Position numbers and translations under genes: made by a program
Origin: an uncultured Planctomycetia bacterium
GTDB taxonomy: Bacteria > Omnitrophota > Gorgyraeia > Duberdicusellales > 4484-171
DNA length: 64,000 nt
Direction: 5' to 3'
Assembly: GCA_964489445.1 (NCBI GenBank)
Contig: CAZAYU010000003.1
Coordinates: 65,172-129,171 of the forward strand
Shown: positions 28,883 to 38,727 of the stretch, one piece after another
Layout: each line of letters opens with the position of its first letter
How positions within the stretch are numbered: the first letter of the stretch is position 1
The notes under the pieces: generated by a model
Database searches by the model: none
What the model was told of the DNA's origin: nothing
The model's input: only the letters and a program-made list of their open reading frames with translations

Positions 28883-28990
28883 TTAATGTAGATAGATTAT
28901 TCTTTATATATATTATTATACCAACAGAACAGGTTTTTAAAAAAGGAGGTAAATAAACAAAAAACCTGGCTCTAAAAAAGGAGGAAAAAA

Positions 28991-29416
28991 ATGAGAAAAG
29001 GTTTTACTTTAGTCGAAATCATGATCGTTGTTGCAATAATTGCATTATTGGCAGTAATTGCTATTCCTGGACTTTTAAGAATGAGAGTTAACGCTAACGA
29101 AGCTAATGCGCAGGCAACTTTGAGGACTATTTCTACCGCATGTGAAAGCTACGCAGCTGCTAATAGCGGAAATTACCCAGCTAATGTTACCACTGTTCTA
29201 TACGGAGCCAATCCTAAGTATTTAAATGAAGATTATACCTTAGCCGCAAACAATCCACGCCAAGGATACACATTTGCGTGTGGGACCATGTCTACAGCAG
29301 GGTATACTTGCACAGCAAAGCCCACTAGTTGCACAACAACAGGGACAAAGAGTTTTACAGTGACAACTGGAGGAAGTTTAGCTACCGATTCTAGCTGTAC
29401 AGCTTCTGGTTCTTAG
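28991..29416 (+). CDS. type IV pilin (major pilin candidate)
   Basis: 'MRKG|FTLVEIMIVVAIIALLAVIAIP' class III signal. GGAGG RBS. Strong promoter and terminator flank it. Confidence 0.85.
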   Translation: MRKGFTLVEIMIVVAIIALLAVIAIPGLLRMRVNANEANAQATLRTISTACESYAAANSGNYPANVTTVLYGANPKYLNEDYTLAANNPRQGYTFACGTMSTAGYTCTAKPTSCTTTGTKSFTVTTGGSLATDSSCTASGS

Positions 29417-29443
29417 AAGAGGAACCTTCCGATGTGATAATAG

Positions 29444-29477
29444 GCCGCCTTTTGGTAAACAAAAGGCGGTTTTTTTA
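29444..29477 (+). terminator. rho-independent terminator after the pilin gene
   Basis: GGCCGCCTTTTG-gtaaa-CAAAAGGCGG stem (about 11 bp) followed by a T7 run. Confidence 0.65.
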
Positions 29478-29487
29478 TTTTTGGTTC

Positions 29488-29516
29488 ATTGACAAAGATA
29501 TGTAAGTATATTAATA
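29488..29516 (+). promoter_or_regulatory. sigma70-like promoter (TTGACA–N17–TAATAT) for the second pilin gene
   Basis: Consensus −35 immediately after the terminator. Confidence 0.4.
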
Positions 29517-29663
29517 TACCTATATTACATATTTTTATGAAATATGACTACTCACATTTTACCAGAAGAGAAATGGAAGGACTGGTTTACGAAGCTTAAC
29601 TTTTTAATGCTTAGTTATTATTATTTAATATAAGTAGTAATAACTCAACCAAAAGGAGGAGCC

Positions 29664-30122
29664 ATGTTTTTTATGGTTAGCAAAACTAAACAGAAACAAG
29701 GATTTACTATTGTTGAGCTTATGGTTACCATAGGCATTGTTATGATTCTTGCTCTTTTAGCCATTCCTCATGTTTGGCGAGTGAGAGTCAACTCTAATGA
29801 ATCTGTAGCTGTGTCGAATATAACTTCCTTGAATAGTGTATTACAATTATATTATATTAATAATAATATCTTTCCGGAAAGCCTGTCAATGCTTACTCCT
29901 CCGCAAGCCAACCCTGGATATATAGACCAGGAATTAGCCAGTGGGTCTAAGTCAGGGTATAATCTTGAGTATTCTTATACAGACGGATCTCATTTTTACA
30001 TTAATGCTAATCCCCAATCTTTAGGGCGGACAGGCAATAATTATTTTTATATAGATGAAACTGGTGTAGTAAGAAGTAATTCAGAAGAAGAGGCAGGTGT
30101 CAATGATTCCCCACTTAGATAG
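29664..30122 (+). CDS. type IV pilin paralog
   Basis: 'KQG|FTIVELMVTIGIVMILALLAIP'. GGAGGAG RBS. Confidence 0.8.
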   Translation: MFFMVSKTKQKQGFTIVELMVTIGIVMILALLAIPHVWRVRVNSNESVAVSNITSLNSVLQLYYINNNIFPESLSMLTPPQANPGYIDQELASGSKSGYNLEYSYTDGSHFYINANPQSLGRTGNNYFYIDETGVVRSNSEEEAGVNDSPLR

Positions 30123-31113
30123 AATATCTCAATTAAGCCATATGTTTAGTTTTAAAGAAAACGATTTTGTGGGCATCAACATTGGAAGTTATTACCTCAA
30201 AGGATTAGCTGTTCAAAAAGGAGAAATAGTCAATTGGTTTTTAGAACGAAATAATGGGCTTGCTCAGACCATCAAAAAGATATGGGATGAAAAAAAAATT
30301 CCCATTAAAAGGGCCAAGCTGTCTGTAAAGGGATCTTCTTGTTTAGTTCGTTGCTTTCCGTTTCCAAAAATGGAAAAGAAAAAACAAAGACAGGCTTTAT
30401 TTTATGAGATGAGTAAATTTATTCCTTTTTCTTCGGCTGATGTTTATTTTGATTTTTTTAATTTGCAAGATATTAGCTCTAAAGAAGAGTTAATTCTTTT
30501 AGCTGTGGCAAAAAAAGAATTTATCAATAGTATCTTAGAGGCTTTTGATAAAAACAATATTTCCGTTTCACAGATAAGCCTAGATAGTATTTGTTTACTA
30601 AATCTTTTTTTAAGCGTTTATAAAACTGATAAAGAAGAAAATGCGGCGATCTTAGATTTAGGATATGATTATTCAACGTTGTCAATCGTACATAAGGGAA
30701 CTCCTTTTTTAATTAGAGATGTAAAATTCAGTACCAAAGAAATTCTACAAATTGTTTCTCGAGTTAAAGATTTTTCTATAGAAGATGCAAATAAATGGAT
30801 TAACTCTTTAAAGGATAAAAGCGAATTTTTTAAATTAGTCGGTGATACTATTTCTCGTTTTTGTCAAGAGATGAAGAGCTCTTTTGATTATTTTGAAGTG
30901 AACAAAGGTGAGCATATTGATAAATTATACTTGAGTGGTGGTTTAGTTTCGGTAGAGGGAATTGAAAACATATTTTTCGAATCTTTAGACATCAAAACAG
31001 ATATTTTAAATATAGTTCCTTCGGACAAAAAGAGTTTACTTAGTAATTTTTTAAACAAGCAACAATTTTTTTTAAAAAATGATTTTACGACTGTTTTTGG
31101 ATTAGTCTCTTAA
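30097..31113 (+). CDS. type IV pilus assembly protein PilM (actin-like ATPase)
   Basis: Size, the 'INIGSYYLKG' N-terminal phosphate loop-like motif, and position before PilN/O/P/Q. Confidence 0.75.
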   Translation: MSMIPHLDRISQLSHMFSFKENDFVGINIGSYYLKGLAVQKGEIVNWFLERNNGLAQTIKKIWDEKKIPIKRAKLSVKGSSCLVRCFPFPKMEKKKQRQALFYEMSKFIPFSSADVYFDFFNLQDISSKEELILLAVAKKEFINSILEAFDKNNISVSQISLDSICLLNLFLSVYKTDKEENAAILDLGYDYSTLSIVHKGTPFLIRDVKFSTKEILQIVSRVKDFSIEDANKWINSLKDKSEFFKLVGDTISRFCQEMKSSFDYFEVNKGEHIDKLYLSGGLVSVEGIENIFFESLDIKTDILNIVPSDKKSLLSNFLNKQQFFLKNDFTTVFGLVS

Positions 31114-31135
31114 GCAATTTTAAAAAATATAAATA

Positions 31136-31699
31136 GTGAAGAGAATAGAAATAGATTTAAATCCCAAGAAAAAGCACACATTAAGTGAAGATTTTCAAAA
31201 AATTGTTGTGTTTGCTCCGTTAGCCATTCTGCTGGCAGCTGTTATTTTTATTTTACTGATAATTTTGCAGGTAGTTGTAGTTCAAAAACAAGCTAAATTA
31301 GGTGGGGTTAGAAAACAAGAAGAAATCTGGAGTGAAAAGGCTAGCATTGTTCAAGCTATTAGAACAGATATATTTGAATTAGAAAAAGAAAAGAATATCC
31401 TTCAAGGAGTAATTGTTTCTGAGGATGAAGTTGCAAAAATTTTAAATGATGTTTTCTTGTCAATACCTAAAAATATCTGGCTTGAGCAGTTTAATCTTGA
31501 TGAACAATCTATTAGTCTATCTGGCTGCGTTGTAAGATGGAAAGAAGATCCTTTGGGCTCTTTGGAGAAATTTATTAATTCTTTGAGAAAAAAGAAATAT
31601 TTCTCTCTAAAGTTTAAAAAGGTACATATTAAGGATTCGAAGAAGGTGAATTTTAGTGGGACTGAAGTACTAAAGTTTGATATCGAATGCAAAAAATAA
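31136..31699 (+). CDS. PilN-like bitopic membrane protein
   Basis: Single N-terminal TM and a coiled-coil. Gene order. Confidence 0.55.
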   Translation: MKRIEIDLNPKKKHTLSEDFQKIVVFAPLAILLAAVIFILLIILQVVVVQKQAKLGGVRKQEEIWSEKASIVQAIRTDIFELEKEKNILQGVIVSEDEVAKILNDVFLSIPKNIWLEQFNLDEQSISLSGCVVRWKEDPLGSLEKFINSLRKKKYFSLKFKKVHIKDSKKVNFSGTEVLKFDIECKK

Positions 31700-32229
31700 A
31701 TTTTCACAAACAAACAATTATTTTTTTAATTATCGTTTTGTTTTTGGTGGTTGGGTTTTTGGTATTTCTGCCTTGGAGAATTGGGGCAATATTGGATCTG
31801 AATAAGAAAATAGCACAATCCACCGGCAACCTAAACACGGTTAAATCCAGCTGGGCTTTAAAAGATAGTTATTTGAACACAAAGAATAATATTAAAATAG
31901 AGATTGAAAAAGTGCGAATGAAAATTATTTCTTTAGAAGAAGATACTAAAGTGTATTCTTTTATCTCTGCTGGTAGTAAAAGTTTTAATATAAATATTCA
32001 TTCTTTATCTCCGGAAAAGCTCCAGGATTATGCCTTAACTAATTCAGGCGACTTTAAGTATTTACCGATTCAGATTAAAGCTGAAGGAGGGTTTCATAGT
32101 TTGATTGGATTTTTGAATTATCTCCAAAACAGCAAGTATCTTTTCGGGGTAAAGCAGCTAAGTATAAGTAGCAAGTATCCCCTTAATGAAATAAATATGA
32201 CAATATGTTGCTTAATAGAAAAAAAATAA
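31687..32229 (+). CDS. PilO-like bitopic membrane protein
   Basis: Single TM then coiled-coil. Gene order. Confidence 0.5.
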   Translation: MQKINFHKQTIIFLIIVLFLVVGFLVFLPWRIGAILDLNKKIAQSTGNLNTVKSSWALKDSYLNTKNNIKIEIEKVRMKIISLEEDTKVYSFISAGSKSFNINIHSLSPEKLQDYALTNSGDFKYLPIQIKAEGGFHSLIGFLNYLQNSKYLFGVKQLSISSKYPLNEINMTICCLIEKK

Positions 32230-32540
32230 TTTTTATTTTTGTTGGAATTATTATTTTATTTTTTTCTGCTGTTGTCAATTATGCAGAAGAAGAGCGTGAT
32301 CCATTTCTACCACTGGTTAATAAAAATGGGTTAGTGTTAATACCTACGGAAGTTGATGTTGGAGGGTTACAATTGGGAGGAATAATTTATTCGGAAGAAT
32401 CTCCAGTTGCGATTATTAACCAAGAAGTATTAAAACGAGAAGAAGTGATAGAGGGATATGAAATTATGGCAATAAATGAAAAAGAAGTTATTTTAAAGAA
32501 AGGAAATGATGAGTTTATCTTAAAACTGGAGGATGAATGA
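32205..32540 (+). CDS. PilP-like protein
   Basis: N-terminal TM, an 'EERDPF' motif and a C-terminal beta-domain. Confidence 0.5.
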   Translation: MLLNRKKIIFIFVGIIILFFSAVVNYAEEERDPFLPLVNKNGLVLIPTEVDVGGLQLGGIIYSEESPVAIINQEVLKREEVIEGYEIMAINEKEVILKKGNDEFILKLEDE

Positions 32541-34132
32541 AGAGAAGGAATAATAAAAAAGAAAAACAAAGAAAGGAAGAATATTTCCCGGTGTTTTTCA
32601 AAGGAAAGAATATAGCAGTCTTCGGTAAAAGAATATTGTTTATTTTATGCTTGTTATTTGCTTTTTGCTGTTGCGCGGCACCTCTAATTTATGCTCAGCA
32701 AGAGGTAATTTCAGTTATAAAATTTAAAGATGTGGGTATTAAAGTAGTTCTTCAATCAATTGCCGCTAAGGCGGAAAAAGATGGTGAGAAAGTCAATATT
32801 ATTGTTAGTCCCAATGTTGAGGGGCTAGTTACTGTCAAGTTAGAAAACATAAGTTGGCAGGAAGCCTTAGATGGCATAGTCGGAGCCTATAACTATGATT
32901 ATAAATGGATCGGAAATAATGTCATTCTGGTGGGAACGTTAGAAGAAATAAAAGATAAAGAGTTACGGGAACGTGAAATGCATGAAATAGAAGTTCCCCG
33001 AACAAAAGTATTTAAGTTAAGCTATCTTGATGCTAATGACGCAAAAAAGACGATAGAACCTTTATTGTCTGCAGTAGGGAGAATTTCGGTTTTAGAAGCA
33101 ACTGGGCAGGCTGGATGGGAATTTGGGACAGATGTTACTAAGCGGACACGCTCCAAAGAAGGTAAGATTTCTCGAACAAAAACTTTAGTTGTCTCTGACG
33201 TTTCCTCTACTTTAAAAGATATTGCCTTGCTTTTAGAAGAAATAGATATTAGACCTCAACAGATTTTAATAAAAGCTAGGATTATGGAGGTGAGTAATGA
33301 TTTTTTGAAGGATTTTGGATTTAGTTGGGGAACGGGCAGTGATGGTGCATCTCAGTCTACTTTACGGTTTCAGGAGATAGATAATAATGGGCGGAAAACA
33401 GTTGCTGGGCATATGTTAAACAGTGTTACTCCGAATATTTGGAATCCTTTAGAGGGAACGGCGTTTACACCATCTACTGCAGGGTTGCAACTTGCTTTTC
33501 AAAAGTTAACTGGGCAGCAGTTCGAAGTAATTTTAAGTGCTGTAGAGGAAGATGCTAACACGAATACTCTGTCTGCGCCGACAATTGTTACCTTAAATAA
33601 TCAGGAAGCTTCCATTCTTGTCGGGGAAAAATATCCGATTATAAAAACAGATACTAGTACGGAAACTAGTCGGATTGTCGGCGGATCATTAGAAGAGTAT
33701 AAAGATATTGGAATACAGTTGAATGTTGTTCCTCAGATTTGTGGTAAAAACAGTGAATTCATAAACATGATTGTTCATCCTGCAGTTACGTCGGAATCTG
33801 GAACGGTAAGCGTTAAAGCAGATAGCGATACAGTTCTTGTATCATATCCGATCATTGCTTCTCGCGAGGCAGAAACTCAAGTATTAGTTAAAGATGGAGA
33901 AACAATTGTTATCGGAGGGTTAATGAAGGATGTCAAGTCAAAAGAGGAAATTGGGATTCCATTTTTAAGCAGAATTCCTGTTCTCGGATGGTTATTTAAG
34001 CGTTCTACAGAGGATACACTTAAAATGGATTTATTAATTTTTATTACCGCTAAAATAATTGAGCCCGGAGAAATAATTTCCCAGGAAATTGTAAAAACAA
34101 AACAAGTTACTAATCAATTTAAAGGTAAGTAA
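32537..34132 (+). CDS. type IV pilus secretin PilQ
   Basis: C-terminal secretin domain 'TLNNQEASILVGEKYP...GIPFLSRIPVLGWLF' with N0/N1-like domains upstream. Confidence 0.85.
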   Translation: MKRRNNKKEKQRKEEYFPVFFKGKNIAVFGKRILFILCLLFAFCCCAAPLIYAQQEVISVIKFKDVGIKVVLQSIAAKAEKDGEKVNIIVSPNVEGLVTVKLENISWQEALDGIVGAYNYDYKWIGNNVILVGTLEEIKDKELREREMHEIEVPRTKVFKLSYLDANDAKKTIEPLLSAVGRISVLEATGQAGWEFGTDVTKRTRSKEGKISRTKTLVVSDVSSTLKDIALLLEEIDIRPQQILIKARIMEVSNDFLKDFGFSWGTGSDGASQSTLRFQEIDNNGRKTVAGHMLNSVTPNIWNPLEGTAFTPSTAGLQLAFQKLTGQQFEVILSAVEEDANTNTLSAPTIVTLNNQEASILVGEKYPIIKTDTSTETSRIVGGSLEEYKDIGIQLNVVPQICGKNSEFINMIVHPAVTSESGTVSVKADSDTVLVSYPIIASREAETQVLVKDGETIVIGGLMKDVKSKEEIGIPFLSRIPVLGWLFKRSTEDTLKMDLLIFITAKIIEPGEIISQEIVKTKQVTNQFKGK

Positions 34133-34136
34133 AGGT

Positions 34137-34934
34137 ATGTATTTTGAGCTTTATGGTCTAAAAAAAGCGCCATTTAATATTACTTCTGACCCGGAAGTTT
34201 TTTATGAAAGTTCTTCTCACCGGGAAGCATTAGCTGCTCTTATTTATGGAATAGAAGAAAAAAAAGGGATAATTCTGGTTACCGGTGAAGTGGGAACAGG
34301 AAAAACAACTCTTTGCAAAACTCTTCTTCACAGACTTAATCCCCGAATAAAAACCTCATTAATACTTAATCCTTACTTTAGTGAAGTGCAATTATTACAG
34401 GCGATTGTAGAAGATTTTGGTTTAAAAGCTGAGAAGAAAAATCGTTTAGAGATGGTTAAAAAACTAAATGCTTTTTTAGTTGAAGTAAGCCTTGAAGGAG
34501 GAGGGGCAGTGTTAATTATTGATGAAGCTCAGAATTTGACTAATCGCCAATTAGAGCAAGTTCGTCTCCTATCTAATTTAGAGACTTCTCATGATAAATT
34601 GCTGCAAATTATCATTGCTGGACAGCCGGAATTAATAAAAAAACTCAGTAGCTTTGATTTACGACAAATCCGCCAAAGAATATCAATAAAACATCGGCTT
34701 TCTCCGCTAAGTGAAGAAGAAGTAAAAGGATATGTTCGGTTTAGGCTAGAGAGTGCAGGTGGCGACGGAATTAATATTGTACCGGAAGGGTATAAAGTTA
34801 TCTATGAGTTTTCTAAAGGTATCCCTCGCTTAATTAACATATTGTGTGATCGTGCGTTGTTATGTGGATTTGTTAAAGAGAAAAAAACTTTTGATCGAGA
34901 AATATTTAAAGCTTGCGTTGAAGACCTTAAATAA
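34137..34934 (+). CDS. ExeA/GspA/MshM-like AAA ATPase
   Basis: 'LVTGEVGTGKTTLCKTLL' Walker A (AAA_22) and 'LIIDEAQNL' Walker B. Short form without a peptidoglycan-binding domain. Confidence 0.8.
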   Translation: MYFELYGLKKAPFNITSDPEVFYESSSHREALAALIYGIEEKKGIILVTGEVGTGKTTLCKTLLHRLNPRIKTSLILNPYFSEVQLLQAIVEDFGLKAEKKNRLEMVKKLNAFLVEVSLEGGGAVLIIDEAQNLTNRQLEQVRLLSNLETSHDKLLQIIIAGQPELIKKLSSFDLRQIRQRISIKHRLSPLSEEEVKGYVRFRLESAGGDGINIVPEGYKVIYEFSKGIPRLINILCDRALLCGFVKEKKTFDREIFKACVEDLK

Positions 34935-34953
34935 AAGAACAACAATAAAATAA

Positions 34954-35421
34954 ATGAGTATTATATATGAAGCCCTAAAAAAAGTAGAGAAGAACCAAGG
35001 TCTTAGGGAGAATAAAAAAAATACTGACGAAAAAGAAATTTTTAAAAGTAAAACTAGCAAAAATAGGTTTTTTTCAGGAAAGATAATTATTTTTATTTTT
35101 GTGGGGATATTGGTGTGTTTAGGATTAATCTTGAATTTAACAGGCAGAAAAGATAATCTCGAGATGATGGCAAATAAAACAACGGAAAAAATAGAAATTG
35201 TTTCCCAACAAGTGGAACAATATCCGGAAATCGTACCTGGTGTGTATGCTCTTGAAGGAGTTGTCCAGGACGGAGAAAATTCATTTGTGGTGGTTAACGG
35301 AAAAATACTAAAGATGTTTGACAAGATAGACGACTTTACAGTAAATAGAATTAGCGGAAATGAAGTAGAGTTGCTAAACCTTAAAGATAATAGTAAGCTA
35401 ATCCTTTCTCTTTCTTTTTAA
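34954..35421 (+). CDS. GspB/ExeB-like bitopic protein
   Basis: N-terminal 'SIIYEALKKVEK' resembles the GspB 'SYIL.AL.KAE' start. One TM helix. Confidence 0.4.
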   Translation: MSIIYEALKKVEKNQGLRENKKNTDEKEIFKSKTSKNRFFSGKIIIFIFVGILVCLGLILNLTGRKDNLEMMANKTTEKIEIVSQQVEQYPEIVPGVYALEGVVQDGENSFVVVNGKILKMFDKIDDFTVNRISGNEVELLNLKDNSKLILSLSF

Positions 35422-35440
35422 TAGAATCCTCTAAGTAATT

Positions 35441-38065
35441 TTAACCCAAGAACGCTTTAATGTGTAGCTCGTCAGAGGTGAGGATGACTGCTTTATTGAT
35501 GAGGCATTTTCCTTGCTTGGTTGGCAACAGCTTATTATTAAGAGTTATTTTTTTCATTTTGTAAATCTTTTTCTGATTGACAGATTTAATAAAAGAAACT
35601 TTTATTCTACGATTGTGCAAATGTCCAGAGAACTCAATACTGTCTTTGAAAAAAAACGAGTGATCAAGCTTTGGTTCAATAAGCAAATTTCCCATAAAAA
35701 ATTTAAAACCCAAAGTCTCTTCAATTAATGTGTAAACGAACCAGCTAGCAGATCCAGTTAGGTAGGAGTACAATCCTTTACCTTCATTGTTGAAGTATTC
35801 AGGGATTACTGGATAAATATTAGCTTTATCAGATATACACATTTTATATATTGAGAGTAAAACATAACAAGCTTCTTTAATTAGATAGTTTTTATATAAT
35901 GAATTAGAAAGCATAACTGACATATGGTTAAATATTGCACCGTTTTCTTTATCACCATAAGAGAAAGCGAAAGCTCTTCCTAGGTCGAGATAAATATTTT
36001 GAAAATTTGTATTAAGCCGAAAGCCTCCTAATGTTTTATCTTTTAAATATTTGCTTACTGAAGAGTATATTTTTTTGGCTTGTTTTTTTGATACTCCTTT
36101 GCTCATTAAAGCAAATACTTGGGAAGGAAGCATAATCTTTGGTTTATTTTTTAGAATGCCTTCAACACGTTTTCCATGGTTATCATAATAACCATTAAAG
36201 AATCCGTGTTTAATCCATTCTTGTTTTTTCAACAAAGAAAAAAGATGGCTGCTCATTTGTCTGAGTTTAGAAATTAAATCTTGAGAGCTAATCTCTATTT
36301 TAGTGCCGCTTAAAGGATAAATTGTAGATAAATATTGTTTCAAACGTTTTTGATTTTTCCGGTAATTTGTGTATTCCAAGCAAAGATCCATCTTTCCTAA
36401 AAGGAAAGTTAATTCCTTAGCCAATTCTATTGTTTTTTTGTTTTTCGTTAGCTGATCTATAAAAAAACAAATGTCATTTAAATTGTGAGCGTACATAAAG
36501 CTAAATGTTACACTTTCGCCATTAGTGCTAGCCATATCTAAACCATCATTCCAGTCAGCATTTTCCAGACGGATAATATTATGTTTACCTACGTTAAAGA
36601 AAGCAGTTAAGTGCTGGATTAAAAGGTGTTCTAAGACAGTACCTTTGTATATTTTTTTAGTTTTAGTGCGCAGAAGATAGTCTTGGCTACAGAATTTAGT
36701 GGTTTTTTCTTGAGCGCGCATTACCAAGTGATCTTGGAAATAAGGAAGCTGGTCGGTGAGGATGTTTATGTCTCCGGTTTTATGGATGTATGAGCGTAAA
36801 GTAAGATAAGGCCAAATACCGTGGTCTATCCATACCCGGGGAATGCTATTGCGGTCGGAAATAAATTTTCCTTCTTTTGTGATTATTGTAGCGTTTGTGC
36901 CATCTATTCTTATTCCGGAGAAACTTTTTAAAATCAATTTTTTTGCTTTTAATGGTTCAGTTAACAATAGGGATAAAACATCTTGCCATAAATCTCTCCA
37001 TCCACGCCCTCCCTTTCCGTAATCAAAATGTGGTAAGAAAGAGCAACCAAACAATTTTCTTAAAACTGGTTGTAATTTTACCCAGCGTAGCCAATTGTTT
37101 AATGTTTTTTGCTTAAAATCAAAATTAATATTTTCCATTCGGCGAGTCCAGTATTTTTTTGTTTCTTCTAATTTGTTGTTTATTTTTAGGGGAGAGTCTA
37201 ACTGGCTGAAGATGGATTGTATTTTTTTCCCATTATCTGAATCAATTCCTGTGATGATCGAGTATTGTATTTCTTGGTTTTTCTTTAATGTTTTTTGAGA
37301 AAAACGAAAGGACGCGATAGTTTCCTTTCCGTTAAATTGGCTATTATTTTTATTGATAGGATGGATATTTCCAGTTATCGCTTCTGGTTGGATTAAATCT
37401 CCAGAACCACAGAAGTAATCAAGCGTGGGAAATTGGCCCAAAGGAGGTAGTTTATTTCCTTCAAACCCGATGGTGTAGTATACGGTCTTATTTAGTGTAT
37501 GTCCTTTTTCGTTAAAAATGATTGTGGGCTTGAGATTTATTCCGTATTTCGTGATTCGGATTCTATTTAATAAGCTGCTAACATGTCGGTGATCTCTTAT
37601 GTTTTTTTCGCTTCTTCCGTAAAGAGGCATAAATGAAGTAGGAATAATACTTATCGGTTTTCTTTTTTTATTTCTTATTGTTACTTTTGTAATTTCTACT
37701 GGTAAATCAAAAGGAACAAAATTTAAAATTTCTACCTGTAAGGCTGAAAAGTTCTTCGTAATCTTATGATACAGAAAACCTGCTTCTAATTTATCATCGG
37801 CCGGATATGATAAACGGATTATTTTTTTTGGTGATTTTATCCCTATGAAAAAGTCACGGCGACAGAGCAAGTTTGTGTTTAAATCAACCATACTTACGGG
37901 AGGTGTAAGGAAATGGTCATTATCTGCTTTAATATCTCCGGCAAGATTTGGACTTATTGAGCAGAGCAATTTTCCGTGTTGATCGGTAAGCGGAAAATAA
38001 AGGCCACGGTTTTGTGGGTTCTTTACAGTGAATGTCCCTTGGTTATCAATAAATTTATAGAGCAT
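35441..38065 (-). CDS. large six-hairpin glycosidase-fold protein, GH94/GT36-like glycoside phosphorylase candidate
   Basis: 874 aa. The 'GGRGWRDLWQD' and 'ENADWNDGLD' segments resemble the GH94 catalytic region, recalled from memory and not searched. Confidence 0.35.
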   Translation of the reverse strand: MLYKFIDNQGTFTVKNPQNRGLYFPLTDQHGKLLCSISPNLAGDIKADNDHFLTPPVSMVDLNTNLLCRRDFFIGIKSPKKIIRLSYPADDKLEAGFLYHKITKNFSALQVEILNFVPFDLPVEITKVTIRNKKRKPISIIPTSFMPLYGRSEKNIRDHRHVSSLLNRIRITKYGINLKPTIIFNEKGHTLNKTVYYTIGFEGNKLPPLGQFPTLDYFCGSGDLIQPEAITGNIHPINKNNSQFNGKETIASFRFSQKTLKKNQEIQYSIITGIDSDNGKKIQSIFSQLDSPLKINNKLEETKKYWTRRMENINFDFKQKTLNNWLRWVKLQPVLRKLFGCSFLPHFDYGKGGRGWRDLWQDVLSLLLTEPLKAKKLILKSFSGIRIDGTNATIITKEGKFISDRNSIPRVWIDHGIWPYLTLRSYIHKTGDINILTDQLPYFQDHLVMRAQEKTTKFCSQDYLLRTKTKKIYKGTVLEHLLIQHLTAFFNVGKHNIIRLENADWNDGLDMASTNGESVTFSFMYAHNLNDICFFIDQLTKNKKTIELAKELTFLLGKMDLCLEYTNYRKNQKRLKQYLSTIYPLSGTKIEISSQDLISKLRQMSSHLFSLLKKQEWIKHGFFNGYYDNHGKRVEGILKNKPKIMLPSQVFALMSKGVSKKQAKKIYSSVSKYLKDKTLGGFRLNTNFQNIYLDLGRAFAFSYGDKENGAIFNHMSVMLSNSLYKNYLIKEACYVLLSIYKMCISDKANIYPVIPEYFNNEGKGLYSYLTGSASWFVYTLIEETLGFKFFMGNLLIEPKLDHSFFFKDSIEFSGHLHNRRIKVSFIKSVNQKKIYKMKKITLNNKLLPTKQGKCLINKAVILTSDELHIKAFLG

Positions 38066-38508
38066 TAAGAGATATCCTTATTTTGCTTAGTATTGGTGTT
38101 GAATGTTTTGTATTTATCAAGATTAGCTATTGCGCCTTTGATTTCTGTTAATTGTTTAGATAATGTGTTTATCCTGTACTCAATAGAGTTAAGAATCCAA
38201 AATTGAAAATGCTCAACCTTCATTTGTTTATTAATCATCCAGATAATTTTTATTGAAACTAGCAATAATCCAATTTCGATGGAGAATAAAGGGGGCAAAG
38301 GGATATTTATTTTCAATATATGTCGCAGTGTATCGATAATGAATAAAATGGAAACTGTCAGCAAAAAACAAATGTTGAGCAGTTTATCGCTTTTTTTTAA
38401 AGCTTTGCCTCCGATGGACCCAATAACATTTTTAATTTTTTCTTTTTCTTGGCGGAACTGTTTTAGTTCTTCCTGGAGTATTTTGATTTCTGCGTCATGG
38501 ACAGGCAT
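38065..38508 (-). CDS. hypothetical membrane protein (N-terminal coiled-coil, 2 TM)
   Basis: Translationally coupled to the downstream 874-aa gene. No known domain. Confidence 0.45.
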   Translation of the reverse strand: MPVHDAEIKILQEELKQFRQEKEKIKNVIGSIGGKALKKSDKLLNICFLLTVSILFIIDTLRHILKINIPLPPLFSIEIGLLLVSIKIIWMINKQMKVEHFQFWILNSIEYRINTLSKQLTEIKGAIANLDKYKTFNTNTKQNKDIS

Positions 38509-38727
38509 AAGTAAATTCTATCTATTTGGTTAAGGTTGTATTTATAGCAAGAGAAGAATGTTCTTACAATACTCTTTTAAAATAGCATACTTTTTAATCT
38601 ACAGCAATGTTAATTTATGTGCTGGTGAATAATTAAATGATAGATTTTTAATGATAAGTTGATATAATTCTAATCAGGATGTAAAACAAGGAATTAATAA
38701 AGTAAATTGTTAAGCGATTTATCCATT

